NCBI GenBank assembly: GCA_003560665.1
Contig: PWKK01000028.1
Span: 1 to 52,915, forward strand
Reading direction: 5' to 3'
Source of the DNA: Candidatus Nealsonbacteria bacterium
Lineage (GTDB): Bacteria; Patescibacteriota; Minisyncoccia; Minisyncoccales; PWPS01
DNA: 52,915 nucleotides
Both the position numbers and the translations under genes were made by a program. The notes under the pieces are model-generated. The model did not search any database and was not told the origin of the DNA. It saw only the letters and a list, made by a program, of their open reading frames with translations. This document shows positions 1-9,194 of the stretch, in pieces. How positions within the stretch are numbered: the stretch's first letter is position 1; each line of letters begins with the position of its first letter.

Positions 1-73
1 GCTCCGCGGGTAGGATTCGAACCTACGACCAAACGCTTAACAGGCGTCCGCTCTACCACTGAGCTACCGCGGA
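1..73 (-). tRNA. tRNA-Asn(GTT), 3' end at window edge
   Basis: Reverse complement folds as a cloverleaf: acceptor TCCGCGG/CCGCGGA, anticodon loop CT-GTT-AA, T-loop GGTTCGAATCC. Confidence 0.93.
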
Positions 74-153
74 ATGTTTAAGTTTTCAATAAGAAACAAT
101 ATCTCATCAAAACATCATTATTTTAGCACAATTTAAAACTTTCTCAACTTTTC

Positions 154-1434
154 TCAATAACCTTCAAGGCGCTCTAATCTTTGGTGTTTTCTGATTTTTT
201 CTAGGGCTTTTGCCTGGATTTGTCTTATTCTTTCACGCGTTACGCCAAATCTTTGCCCCACCTCCTCTAGTGTGTGTGTTACCCCATCTTCCAACCCAAA
301 CCGCATGGCTAAAATGTCTCTTTCTCGTGAATCAAGGTCTATCAAAATATCATCCAATCTTTCTTTTAAAAGTTTTCTTGCTGCCGAAACTGAAGGAGAA
401 ATTGCCTTTTCGTCTTCAATAAAGTCCGCCAATGTGCTACTGTCGTCTTCATCTCCGACAGGAGCTTCAAGAGAAGTGGCTGTTTGATATATTTTGATAA
501 TATGTCTTACCTTTTCTATTTCGAGTCCCATCTCGGCAGCTATTTCTTCTGCAGAAGGTTCTCTTCCCAGGCTCTGAAAAAGTTCTTTTCTCGCCTTAAC
601 ATATTTAGAGATCTTTTCAACCATATGGACCGGGATACGGACTGTTCTTGATTGATCAGCTAAAGCACGGTTAATAGACTGCCTTATCCACCAAGTAGCA
701 TAGGTGGAAAACTTGTAACCTCTTCGCCAGTCAAACTTTTCTACTGCACGAAAAAGGCCCAGGTTACCTTCTTGAATAAGATCCAGAAATGAAAGTTTCG
801 GAGACCTCCCAATATATTTTTTCGCAATAGAAACTACCAAGCGTAGATTTGCTCTAATCATTTTCTTTCTTGCTCTTTGATCTCCTTTCTCTATTTTTTT
901 TGCCAGCTCAATCTCCTTCTCTGAATCAAGAAGGGGTTCAACAGCAATTTCTTTTAAATAACTTTGAATAGAATCAATGCTTATTCCTATCATTTCTTCT
1001 ACCTCTTTTTGTGCTTCGTCACTCAGAAAACTTCTCTCTTCCATTGTTTTAATCCCTCTTTTCCTCAGCCGGACAAGCAACTTTCCAAGTGCTTCCTTGT
1101 CTCTTTTTAACTTCGGAAAAAATTCATATATATCAGTGAAGTAAAGAACGCCTTTTCTCCTCTCTGCTCTTTGAAAAAGCTTTTCTAATTTTTTTTCGGA
1201 AAACAATTCCTTTTTCTTTGTAGAGGTCTTTTTCTTAGGTTTTGCCCCTTTCCCTCGAGAAGCAACTTTCTTTTTTGTCTTTACAGAAGCTTTTGCTTTC
1301 TTCGGAGAATTTTTTTTCTTGACGTTTTTTTTAGTTGTTTTTTTCGGAAGAGTTGTTTTCTTAGCACTTTTTTTCACCTTTTTTTTGGCATCGTCCTTTT
1401 TGTCAGTCTTTTTTTTGGTTTTTTTTGAGGCCAT
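154..1434 (-). CDS. rpoD: RNA polymerase primary sigma factor with Lys-rich N-terminal extension
   Basis: Region 2 motifs [35 protein letters not shown]; region 4 [19 protein letters not shown]; downstream of dnaG. Confidence 0.97.
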   Translation of the reverse strand: MASKKTKKKTDKKDDAKKKVKKSAKKTTLPKKTTKKNVKKKNSPKKAKASVKTKKKVASRGKGAKPKKKTSTKKKELFSEKKLEKLFQRAERRKGVLYFTDIYEFFPKLKRDKEALGKLLVRLRKRGIKTMEERSFLSDEAQKEVEEMIGISIDSIQSYLKEIAVEPLLDSEKEIELAKKIEKGDQRARKKMIRANLRLVVSIAKKYIGRSPKLSFLDLIQEGNLGLFRAVEKFDWRRGYKFSTYATWWIRQSINRALADQSRTVRIPVHMVEKISKYVKARKELFQSLGREPSAEEIAAEMGLEIEKVRHIIKIYQTATSLEAPVGDEDDSSTLADFIEDEKAISPSVSAARKLLKERLDDILIDLDSRERDILAMRFGLEDGVTHTLEEVGQRFGVTRERIRQIQAKALEKIRKHQRLERLEGY

Positions 1435-1459
1435 ATTTACTGTTTTTTATAGTTTATGC

Positions 1460-3184
1460 CTAAAGAGCTTGAAGTTCTTTAGATTGATCTCTAAATCTTT
1501 TGACAAGTTCTTCTTCTTTTTTTTCATCTCCCTCTTCTTCGGCTTTTTTTATCATTTCTTCCGTTTCTTTCAGCTTTTTTTTAATAGTCTCTTTTTTTAT
1601 TTCTATAAGGCACTGCTCCACTTCTTTTTCCACATCAACTTCTTCCTCAATAAAAGGAAGCATGGAAAGATAGTTTAAAAGATCTTCTTCTTTTGTGGTA
1701 AGTGAATCTCTTTCTTTTTTCAAGAAAGAGAGAATACCACCGATCTCTTCTTCCAAAAGAGATATTTCTTCTTTTTTTAATCTTTTGAGGGCTTTTTTAT
1801 CTTTAATGCAAAAACAAGCAATTCTCTCTTCGAGAAGCTTTTTTCTTGTTTTTTTCTCCTTCGAAGGTTTCTCTGCGGAAGCAGTTTCGTTTTTTTCTTC
1901 ACCCCTATCTTCTTTTAGCTTTTCCAGCTCTTCATAGACGGCATTTTCACTTACTCCTAGTTTTTGTGAAAGTTCAGAAACAAAATGCGACCGCTCAATA
2001 CTGTTTTTTATTTTTCTTATTTCCATCAAAAGCTCTTTTGCCGCTTTTCCTTTTTCGTGAGGATCAGACAAGTCGTGTTTTGAAAGAATGTTCTTAAAGT
2101 AAAAATTAATCACCGGCTTTGCCTCCTTAACATACTTTTCCCACTCTTTCGGTTCTCGTAAGATTATATCGGCCGGGTCTTCTTTTTCCGGCATCATAAT
2201 TACTTTTACATCAAATTCTTTTTCTAGTGCAATATCGATTCCCTTTTTTGTCGCTTTTCCTCCCGCATCATCCATGTCAAAAGCGGTTAAAATTTTCTTT
2301 GTATAGCGGCCCAGTATATCAAGTTGCTTTGAGGCAAGTGCTGTCCCCGAAGAAGATATTACGTTATCTTGTCCCACTTGATGGCACATGATAACATCCG
2401 TATATCCCTCGGTAATAACTGCGAATCCTTTTTTTCTTATACCAACTTTTGCTCTATGCATCCCGTACATTATTGCGCTCTTGTCGTAAAGAGTGGTCGC
2501 CGGAGTGTTTATATACTTTGCTCTTTCGTCTTTTCGATCAAAAACTCTTCCGCCAAAACCGACGGGATATCCGCTTAAATTAAATATTGGGAAAATTATC
2601 CGAGCCCTAAAGCGGTCAAAAGAGTAGTTTCCTTTTCCCGTAGAAACTCCTGCCTCTTTTATTTCTTCTTTTCTGTAGCCTTCACCAATTAAAAATTTGG
2701 AAAGCGAATCTTTTGCAGTTGGTGCGTAACCGACTCTCCACTCTTTGATGCTTTCCTCGGTTACCCCTCTTTCTGACAAATATTTTTTTATCTCCTTCCC
2801 GTTTTTTGATTGCTGCAGTTGTCTCTCATAGAAAAGAGTGGTTATTTCACAAATATCAAAAAGGCGTTTCCTTTTTGTCTCCACTTCCGGGTTTTGCTTC
2901 TTCAATTCCACTCCTGCCTTTTTTGCAAGTATCCGCAAAGCATCTCCAAACTCCACTCCCTCGATTTTCATTACAAAACTAAACATATCTCCCCCCTCAC
3001 TACAGCTACCAAAACACCTCCAAATCTGTCGTGCCTGATTAACAAAAAAAGAGGGTGTTTTTTCGGGATGAAAGGGGCAAGGCGCCCTGTAATTAGACCC
3101 TGCTTTCTCTAGATTGACATACTCTCGCACCACATCCGTGATGTCTAGTTTATTTTTTATTTCTTCAATAGGAGAGTCGGTCAT
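1460..3184 (-). CDS. dnaG: DNA primase
   Basis: Zn finger CPFHPEKTPSF...CFGSC, KYINTPAT, TOPRIM EGYTDV and FDMD; dnaG-rpoD order. Confidence 0.97.
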   Translation of the reverse strand: MTDSPIEEIKNKLDITDVVREYVNLEKAGSNYRAPCPFHPEKTPSFFVNQARQIWRCFGSCSEGGDMFSFVMKIEGVEFGDALRILAKKAGVELKKQNPEVETKRKRLFDICEITTLFYERQLQQSKNGKEIKKYLSERGVTEESIKEWRVGYAPTAKDSLSKFLIGEGYRKEEIKEAGVSTGKGNYSFDRFRARIIFPIFNLSGYPVGFGGRVFDRKDERAKYINTPATTLYDKSAIMYGMHRAKVGIRKKGFAVITEGYTDVIMCHQVGQDNVISSSGTALASKQLDILGRYTKKILTAFDMDDAGGKATKKGIDIALEKEFDVKVIMMPEKEDPADIILREPKEWEKYVKEAKPVINFYFKNILSKHDLSDPHEKGKAAKELLMEIRKIKNSIERSHFVSELSQKLGVSENAVYEELEKLKEDRGEEKNETASAEKPSKEKKTRKKLLEERIACFCIKDKKALKRLKKEEISLLEEEIGGILSFLKKERDSLTTKEEDLLNYLSMLPFIEEEVDVEKEVEQCLIEIKKETIKKKLKETEEMIKKAEEEGDEKKEEELVKRFRDQSKELQAL

Positions 3185-3239
3185 ATTATTTTATGAGTAT
3201 GTATCAACGAAAAAGATACCTCTTTTTAAAGGTAAGTGT

Positions 3240-3268
3240 ATTATAATGAAAATCACTCTCCTTTGCAA
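3240..3268 (-). promoter_or_regulatory. sigma70 promoter for dnaG-rpoD
   Basis: Minus strand TTGCAA (3268-3263), 17 bp, TATAAT (3245-3240). Confidence 0.65.
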
Positions 3269-3288
3269 GTGCAACTACTTTTTTTAAT

Positions 3289-3317
3289 TTGACGAAAATG
3301 AAAAAAAATGATACAAA
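3289..3317 (+). promoter_or_regulatory. possible sigma70 promoter for rpsT
   Basis: TTGACG, 17 bp, TG-A-TACAAA; divergent from the dnaG promoter. Confidence 0.45.
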
Positions 3318-3337
3318 TGAGCATTAAAATAAAAATT

Positions 3338-3592
3338 ATGCCTATCACAAAGTCAGCAAAAAAAAGATTGAAGCAAAGCGAAAAGCGTCGTGTTTTGAAT
3401 TTAGGTTACAAAAGAAGGATGAAGAAGATTGTAAAAGAGATAAGAGATCTTGTCGCCAGCAAGAAGAAAAAAGATGCACAAAAACTTCTTCCCCAAGCTT
3501 ACAAAATAATCGACAAGGCAGCAAAAAGAGGAGTGATAAAAGAAAATACAGCTTCTCGCAAAAAATCACGCTTAACAAAAGCGACCAGCTAA
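3338..3592 (+). CDS. rpsT: 30S ribosomal protein S20
   Basis: MPITKSAKKRLKQSEKRR...IDKAAKRGVIKENTASRKKSRL; start moved to ATG 3338. Confidence 0.95.
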   Translation: MPITKSAKKRLKQSEKRRVLNLGYKRRMKKIVKEIRDLVASKKKKDAQKLLPQAYKIIDKAAKRGVIKENTASRKKSRLTKATS

Positions 3593-4524
3593 TCTTTGAA
3601 AAGAATCAAGTGAAGTGCCAATACGGGATCAATCTGTCCCGTTTTTGCTTTCAAATCCATTTCAAAAAGGCTATTGTATTTTCTCTTCAACTCTTCAGAA
3701 GAAAAGAGCTTTACCTGTTTGTAGGTTTTTCCGAAAACAAAATGATGGAGACCGCTTTTTGATTTTGCAGCATCATATGAATACTTTCTCTCAACGAGGT
3801 CGCTAACGGAAATCAAATTACGGAACTGATAGGTAATCATCGAAAGGATATAAAGAGGGTTGTCTCCTTTTTGTAAATGGTCATAGAGGAGAAGCAGTGC
3901 ATCTTTTTTTCTTTTTTCTGCTATCGCATCAATTGTCTGGAAGATGTTTATCTCAACGCCGATATTTACCATGTAATCAACATCTTCTTTCTTTATCCTT
4001 TTTTTATAAAGCGCTAGCTTTTCCATTTCATTTTTTATTCTCCAGAGATCTTCGCCGGTTGCTTCCTGCAACCGATAGATTGCGTCCGTGTCTGCCTTAG
4101 CGCCACTACTCTCAAATTCTTTTTTTATCCAAGAGAAAAGCTTTTTCCCGGAAAGAGGTTGGAACTCTTGAATCATAATTTTCCCCTTTTCCTCTAAAAA
4201 CGCCTTTAGAAGCCTGTCGTTCTCTTTTATCTCCCCTTCTTCGTAAAGAACAAAAATATTTTCCGAAATAATTATTTTTTCGTAGTTTTCAAAAAAATCA
4301 TTTTTAGTGCTCTCTGAAGAAAAAACCTTGCGGACAACAACAAGCTTCTTTTCACCGAACATGGATGCCTGCTTGTCGTAATCACAAAGATCTTTAAAGG
4401 TTTCTTTCTCTTCCAAGAAAATTATATTGAGCCCGCTCTTGTATTTCTTTTTGTACTCCTCGATAATCTCCTCCAGTTTTCTTTTGGAGCGGTATGTGTC
4501 TTTTCCGTGGAGAAGTATAATCAT
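3589..4524 (-). CDS. holA: DNA polymerase III delta subunit
   Basis: MIILLHGKDTY start, SMFGEKKLVVV, GEDLWRIKNEMEKL, NIFQTIDAI; convergent with rpsT. Confidence 0.9.
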   Translation of the reverse strand: MIILLHGKDTYRSKRKLEEIIEEYKKKYKSGLNIIFLEEKETFKDLCDYDKQASMFGEKKLVVVRKVFSSESTKNDFFENYEKIIISENIFVLYEEGEIKENDRLLKAFLEEKGKIMIQEFQPLSGKKLFSWIKKEFESSGAKADTDAIYRLQEATGEDLWRIKNEMEKLALYKKRIKKEDVDYMVNIGVEINIFQTIDAIAEKRKKDALLLLYDHLQKGDNPLYILSMITYQFRNLISVSDLVERKYSYDAAKSKSGLHHFVFGKTYKQVKLFSSEELKRKYNSLFEMDLKAKTGQIDPVLALHLILFKD

Positions 4525-4536
4525 ATTATTTAAGCT

Positions 4537-5394
4537 TTATTCTTTGTCTTTTTGGCACCTCGGACAGTGATATGTCCCTCTTCCTCCAAGAACAGTTTTT
4601 TTTATAATTTCTCCACAATCAAAACAGTCTTTTCCCTTTCGTTGATAGACAAGATGATGGTTTTGATATTTTCCCTTTTTCCCGTCTAAGTGGCGATAAT
4701 CACTAGTGCTGTCTCCCTGAAGTTTAATTGCTTTTTTAAGAATACTTTGCGTAAAGTCATATATTTTTTCAATCTCTTTCTCTGTTAAAAGGGATGCATT
4801 CTTCGCGGGGTTTATCTTCGCTTTAAAAAGAATTTCCGCAGCATAAATATTTCCTATTCCGGAAACAAACTGTTGGTCCATTAAAAGTGTTTTTATTTTT
4901 TTCTTTCTTCCCTTGAAAAGATCGATAAACTCATTTTTTCCCAACAAAAGAGGATCGGGGCCGAGTTTCTCGATATAAACTTTTGCTTCTTTTTTAGAAA
5001 AGAGAGCAACCTTGGCAAACTTTCTCGGATCAGAGAGCGCAAGCTGCTTTCCGTTATCTAAAAAGAAAACATATCGCAAGAATCCGTTTTTCCTTTCCTG
5101 CATAATTTTTTCTTTACTTTTCCACTCTTCCTTCCCGGTAATAGTATTTTTCTTCATTTCCCAATTTCCAAAAAGAAGATGCCCCGTCATTCGTAAGTGT
5201 ATAAAAAGAACTTTTTCGTTATCTAAAAAAAGAAAAATACCCTTCCCAAATCTTTCAACACTTTCAACCCTTCTTCTGATTATATTTTTTAGCTCTTTTT
5301 CTCCTTTCTCATCCCATACACGAACAAAGGCCCTCTTTAAGGCCTTTTTTCTTAACGATGAAACGGTAGTTTCTACTTCCGGTAACTCCGGCAT
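4537..5394 (-). CDS. mutM: formamidopyrimidine-DNA glycosylase
   Basis: N-terminal PELPEVET, HLRMTG, DPRKFA, H2TH LLMDQQFVSGIGNIYAAEIL, C-terminal Cys4 zinc finger. Confidence 0.96.
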   Translation of the reverse strand: MPELPEVETTVSSLRKKALKRAFVRVWDEKGEKELKNIIRRRVESVERFGKGIFLFLDNEKVLFIHLRMTGHLLFGNWEMKKNTITGKEEWKSKEKIMQERKNGFLRYVFFLDNGKQLALSDPRKFAKVALFSKKEAKVYIEKLGPDPLLLGKNEFIDLFKGRKKKIKTLLMDQQFVSGIGNIYAAEILFKAKINPAKNASLLTEKEIEKIYDFTQSILKKAIKLQGDSTSDYRHLDGKKGKYQNHHLVYQRKGKDCFDCGEIIKKTVLGGRGTYHCPRCQKDKE

Positions 5395-5413
5395 AAAGCA
5401 GAGCTGCTTAGAG

Positions 5414-5776
5414 CTACATTATCTCTCTTATTTTCTTGACAATTTCTGCAGGAGTAAAGTGAGCTTTGATAAGGAAATCAACCGCACCAAGATTTAATCC
5501 TCTTTCTACCTCGCTCTTTTGACCTAAGTTAGAAAGAATAATCACCGGTATCTCGGAAACATCAGGGTCATTTTTTATTCTCTCTAAAACCTCGAATCCG
5601 TCGATTCCCGGCAAAATCAAGTCAAGAAGAATCAAATCTGGCTTTTCGGCCTTTGTTTTTTCTTCTCCTTTCTCACCATCAACAGCCTGAATCACCTCAT
5701 ATCCTTCTTTGTCCAGTTTGCGAGAAATCATTTCCCGGAGAAACTTGTCGTCTTCAATAACTAATATTTTAGACAT
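5414..5776 (-). CDS. single-domain response regulator (receiver only)
   Basis: KILVIEDD, DLILLDLILP phosphoacceptor, LSN, conserved Lys in FLIKAHF; no output domain; start moved to ATG 5776. Confidence 0.93.
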   Translation of the reverse strand: MSKILVIEDDKFLREMISRKLDKEGYEVIQAVDGEKGEEKTKAEKPDLILLDLILPGIDGFEVLERIKNDPDVSEIPVIILSNLGQKSEVERGLNLGAVDFLIKAHFTPAEIVKKIREIM

Positions 5777-5804
5777 ATTCGACGCTTTTTTAAATATTTT
5801 AATA

Positions 5805-6191
5805 CTATTCTTCTTTTTTCTCCCCTTCTCCGATTTGTACAATGACCTTATCTATCACTTCCTGAGGATCAAACTCTGTTTTTACAAGCCAGTCCTTTGC
5901 TCCCAGTTTTTGAGCTCGATCAATTTCAACAGGTTGCCCGGAGTTAGAAACAACAACAACAGGTATTCCACGAAGATTATCATCTTTCTGCATTTCTTCT
6001 AACAACTCGAAACCCCCCATTTTCGGCATAATAATGTCCAAAAGAATAAGATCCGGCCTGTTTGCTCTTATCTTTGAAAGTCCCTCTTCTCCATCCTTTG
6101 CTGTTTCAACTTGATACCCTTCTTCTGTAAGTTTTTTCTCTAAAAGACTGCAGAGTACTTCCTCGTCTTCAATGATAATAATCTTCTTCAT
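5805..6191 (-). CDS. single-domain response regulator (receiver only)
   Basis: KKIIIIEDE, DLILLDIIMP, VSNS, WLVKTEF; no output domain. Confidence 0.93.
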   Translation of the reverse strand: MKKIIIIEDEEVLCSLLEKKLTEEGYQVETAKDGEEGLSKIRANRPDLILLDIIMPKMGGFELLEEMQKDDNLRGIPVVVVSNSGQPVEIDRAQKLGAKDWLVKTEFDPQEVIDKVIVQIGEGEKKEE

Positions 6192-6261
6192 ATTTGTAGG
6201 ATTTGTAAAATTTAAATTTTGACCTTTTTTGTATTCTATCTGTATTAAAAGATAATGTCAA

Positions 6262-8016
6262 CTAGAACGCTTCGAAAAAGCTGTCTATCTCTTCTTTGTT
6301 TGCGGGAAGAGTAAAATAAAACGTACTTCCTTCTCCTATTTTAGAGGTAAATCCGACTTTTCCACCATGAGCTTCAACAACGTTTTTAGCGATAAAAAGA
6401 CCCAGCCCCGACCCTTCCGTATCCATTCGTTGTACATTTGCGGCTCGAAAAAACTTGTTGAACATTCTTTTTTGTTGATCATCCGGTATTCCTACACCTG
6501 TATCCGTTGTTGAAACTTTAACCTTTCCGTTAATGCTCTCAACTTTAAAAATTATCTTTCCTTCTTTGGTGTACTTCATGGCATTGTCTAAGAAGTTTTG
6601 CACTACCATGGTTATCTTTTCTCTATCTACCTTAACTTTAGGCAGTTTTTCAGCCGGCTTTTGGACTTCAAACTCGATTTGTTTTTTTCTGATATGGTCT
6701 TTGTAAGCTTCTATAACAGGGTCTACTATTTCCATAAGATCCGTCTCTTCCGGTTCATAAATGTATCTTCCCTCTTCAATACGTGTTACATTTAAAAGAT
6801 CATTTACCAGATTTACCATGCGATCGTTTGCTTCGTACGCCTTCCGAATAAAGCTCATAATTTCTTCGGGAATCTCAGCACTGTCTTCTTCTTCTAAAAT
6901 AGTTTGCAATGTCCATTTTATACCGGAAAGAGGTGTTCGAAGCTGGTGAGCTGCAACAGAAACAAACTCACTCTTTATCTTCTCAATACCCTTTTCTCTG
7001 GTAATGTCATGGATGTTAACAAGTGTTCCCACATCTTTAACGGGAATAGTGGTAACTTCCAAAAAAGCACCTTTTTCCGTAGCAATCTCTTCACGGAAAA
7101 TCTCTTTTAATTCTTCACCGACAAGATCAACAAACGGGTCAAGGGCGGGAAAGGATTTGAGTTCTTTCACCGATTTTCCAATTACATCTTTTAACTTTAT
7201 TCCGAACATCTTTTCCGTTTCGGGGTTTATTAAGGAAACTTTTTTGTTTAAATCAAAGAGAATCAATCCATCCACAAAGTTTTTGATAACCGCCAGTGTT
7301 TTTTCTTTTTCTTTTTCTGCGTCCTTAGAGGCCTTGTCCGTATCTTCTGCTAGATTTAACAGAGCTGTTTGTGTCTGCCTCATTTCTTCTGCTTTTTTTT
7401 CGAGCTCTTCTGCTTTTTTCTCAATCTCCCGTGTTCTTTCTTTTACCTTCTCTTCTAACTTTTCATTTATTTCTTCCAGTTCTTGAGTGCGAGCCATAAT
7501 CCTTACCTCTAAAACTTTTTCTGACTCCTCTAGTTTTTCTTTTGCTTTTTGTAGTTCTTTCGTTCTTTCTTTTATCTTTCTTTCCAGTTCTTCTTCAAAT
7601 CTTTTTGTTTCGGTAATATCACTGATAGTAAGAAAATATCCAGAAAAATTTCCTTCATCATCTTTTCTAGAAAGAGCAGAAATTCTAACCGGTATCTCTT
7701 TTTTCCCCTTTGTGACAAGAGTTACCTCTTCCTCTACTACGGAATCTTTATTAGCAACCCGTGTACTGAACATTTCTATCTTTCCTTTGTCCTTGTCCTT
7801 AAACAAAAAGTCAATGTTCCTTCCGATAGTCTCCATTTTTTCGTACCCAGAAACATCCCGAAACGCATGATTGCAGTCAAGGATATAATCCAGCGGATTT
7901 ACCATGCAAAAAGCCAAAGGAAGAAATGATGTAAAGTCTTCTATATAGCGCCGGAGATCTTCAAGCTCTCCGCTCTCGTTTTCGATTACTTCTTCTTTTG
8001 TTTCTTCTTCCATCAT
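6262..8016 (-). CDS. cytoplasmic PAS-coiled coil-PAS sensor histidine kinase (HisKA + HATPase_c)
   Basis: H box FVSVAAHQLRTPL, N box NFLDNAMKYT, G1 DTGVGIP, F box, G2 EGSGLGL; two PAS-like segments; no transmembrane helix visible. Confidence 0.94.
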   Translation of the reverse strand: MMEEETKEEVIENESGELEDLRRYIEDFTSFLPLAFCMVNPLDYILDCNHAFRDVSGYEKMETIGRNIDFLFKDKDKGKIEMFSTRVANKDSVVEEEVTLVTKGKKEIPVRISALSRKDDEGNFSGYFLTISDITETKRFEEELERKIKERTKELQKAKEKLEESEKVLEVRIMARTQELEEINEKLEEKVKERTREIEKKAEELEKKAEEMRQTQTALLNLAEDTDKASKDAEKEKEKTLAVIKNFVDGLILFDLNKKVSLINPETEKMFGIKLKDVIGKSVKELKSFPALDPFVDLVGEELKEIFREEIATEKGAFLEVTTIPVKDVGTLVNIHDITREKGIEKIKSEFVSVAAHQLRTPLSGIKWTLQTILEEEDSAEIPEEIMSFIRKAYEANDRMVNLVNDLLNVTRIEEGRYIYEPEETDLMEIVDPVIEAYKDHIRKKQIEFEVQKPAEKLPKVKVDREKITMVVQNFLDNAMKYTKEGKIIFKVESINGKVKVSTTDTGVGIPDDQQKRMFNKFFRAANVQRMDTEGSGLGLFIAKNVVEAHGGKVGFTSKIGEGSTFYFTLPANKEEIDSFFEAF

Positions 8017-8017
8017 T

Positions 8018-8578
8018 TTAACCCTCCTTATTCCTCTTTAGCTTCTTTTTTAGTTTGTTTATTTCTTCTTTGAGTTCTATCATTTTAAGCTCTCTTCCTA
8101 TGGTTAGCTTGTTTATTTTCTCCAACTCTTCCACTTTTTCTCTTAATTTTTCATTACTTTCTTTAACCTTTTTTTCCTTTTCTTCTACCTCTGTAAGATC
8201 AAAAAATGAAAGAAAAGCTCCGTTTACTCCCTCTCCTTTAATTTTTCGGCTTTTGGCAAAAACTGTAACCGGCAAAACTCTTTCATCCTTTTTTTTTATC
8301 TTCGTTTTTTCTCTTTCAACCAGTCCCTCTTTTATTGTTTTTTCTAATATCTCTTTGGCATTTTTTTCTTCCATAAAAAGGGTCAGATTCTCTCCCACAA
8401 CATCATACTCGTCATATCCCGTTGCTTTGACAAATGCAGGGTTAACCTCTAAAACCATTCCCTTAGGATTAACAAAACAAAGAGGAAGGGGAGTAAAAGA
8501 AAAGAGATCTTGAATATATGTTTCAAGTAAAGATATGTCCTCTGTAAGTGTTTTTATTTTCCCGTCATCATTTACCAT
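8018..8578 (-). CDS. stand-alone PAS domain protein with C-terminal coiled coil
   Basis: PAS motif VNPKGMVLEVNPAFVKATGY..VVGENL; C-terminal GRELKMIELKEEINKLKK; resembles the adjacent kinase N-terminus. Confidence 0.85.
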   Translation of the reverse strand: MVNDDGKIKTLTEDISLLETYIQDLFSFTPLPLCFVNPKGMVLEVNPAFVKATGYDEYDVVGENLTLFMEEKNAKEILEKTIKEGLVEREKTKIKKKDERVLPVTVFAKSRKIKGEGVNGAFLSFFDLTEVEEKEKKVKESNEKLREKVEELEKINKLTIGRELKMIELKEEINKLKKKLKRNKEG

Positions 8579-9174
8579 TTGATTGTGAATTCGTGATAAT
8601 CGTCTCCCCGATGATTACACTTCACCTCTTCGCACTTTGTTTCTTTTCCAACTCCCATCTTGATAACAGAAGAGAAGTATCCCTTCAAATAATCACACAA
8701 TATCGGATGGAGATTAATATCGTAAAGACGGGCTGTCATAAATCTTTCTTCAGTGCTCATTTCTACAGGTTCCAGTTTTCCGACAGTGTAGTGCTTTTCC
8801 CACATCTCTCCCGCTTTCTCCATGATTTTTTCCGGTGAAAGGAAGTATCTCATAAAAAACTTTATCATTAGAGAGAACTTAGGAGCGTTGGATCCCATTT
8901 GCATCAAACTTTCTTTTTCAAGATTTAGTGCACGAGATATTGCAACAAGAGAAAGAACCCTCATTCCAATCGGATAAAAACTCATATTGTCCGCTTCTTG
9001 GTTATAATCAAAGGGGCACCTCATTTCCTTGAGCTCTTCTTCTACTTTTTTCAATCCTTCTTCTCCTTTGCTATCGACTATAAAGCGCCGATCGGTTTTA
9101 AAAACCACACCCCTTACTTCTCCCTCAGCGTTTAATATTTTATTGATTTCTTCGTCTGTTATTTGATAGGCCAT
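8572..9174 (-). CDS. V4R/H-NOX-fold putative ligand-binding protein, paralog 4
   Basis: GEVRGVVFKTD, FYP, HPILCDYLKGYF, EEVKCNHRGDDYHEFTIKW; motif-level similarity to V4R, H-NOX and TIGR02265/DUF2378-type proteins. Confidence 0.75.
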   Translation of the reverse strand: MAYQITDEEINKILNAEGEVRGVVFKTDRRFIVDSKGEEGLKKVEEELKEMRCPFDYNQEADNMSFYPIGMRVLSLVAISRALNLEKESLMQMGSNAPKFSLMIKFFMRYFLSPEKIMEKAGEMWEKHYTVGKLEPVEMSTEERFMTARLYDINLHPILCDYLKGYFSSVIKMGVGKETKCEEVKCNHRGDDYHEFTIKW

Positions 9175-9194
9175 ATTTTTCCCCCTTAGGGGGT

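Noticed and set aside
1200-1640. Long T/A homopolymer runs as phase-variation or frameshift sites
   Set aside because: They reflect Lys (AAA) codons in intact reading frames and occur throughout the window.
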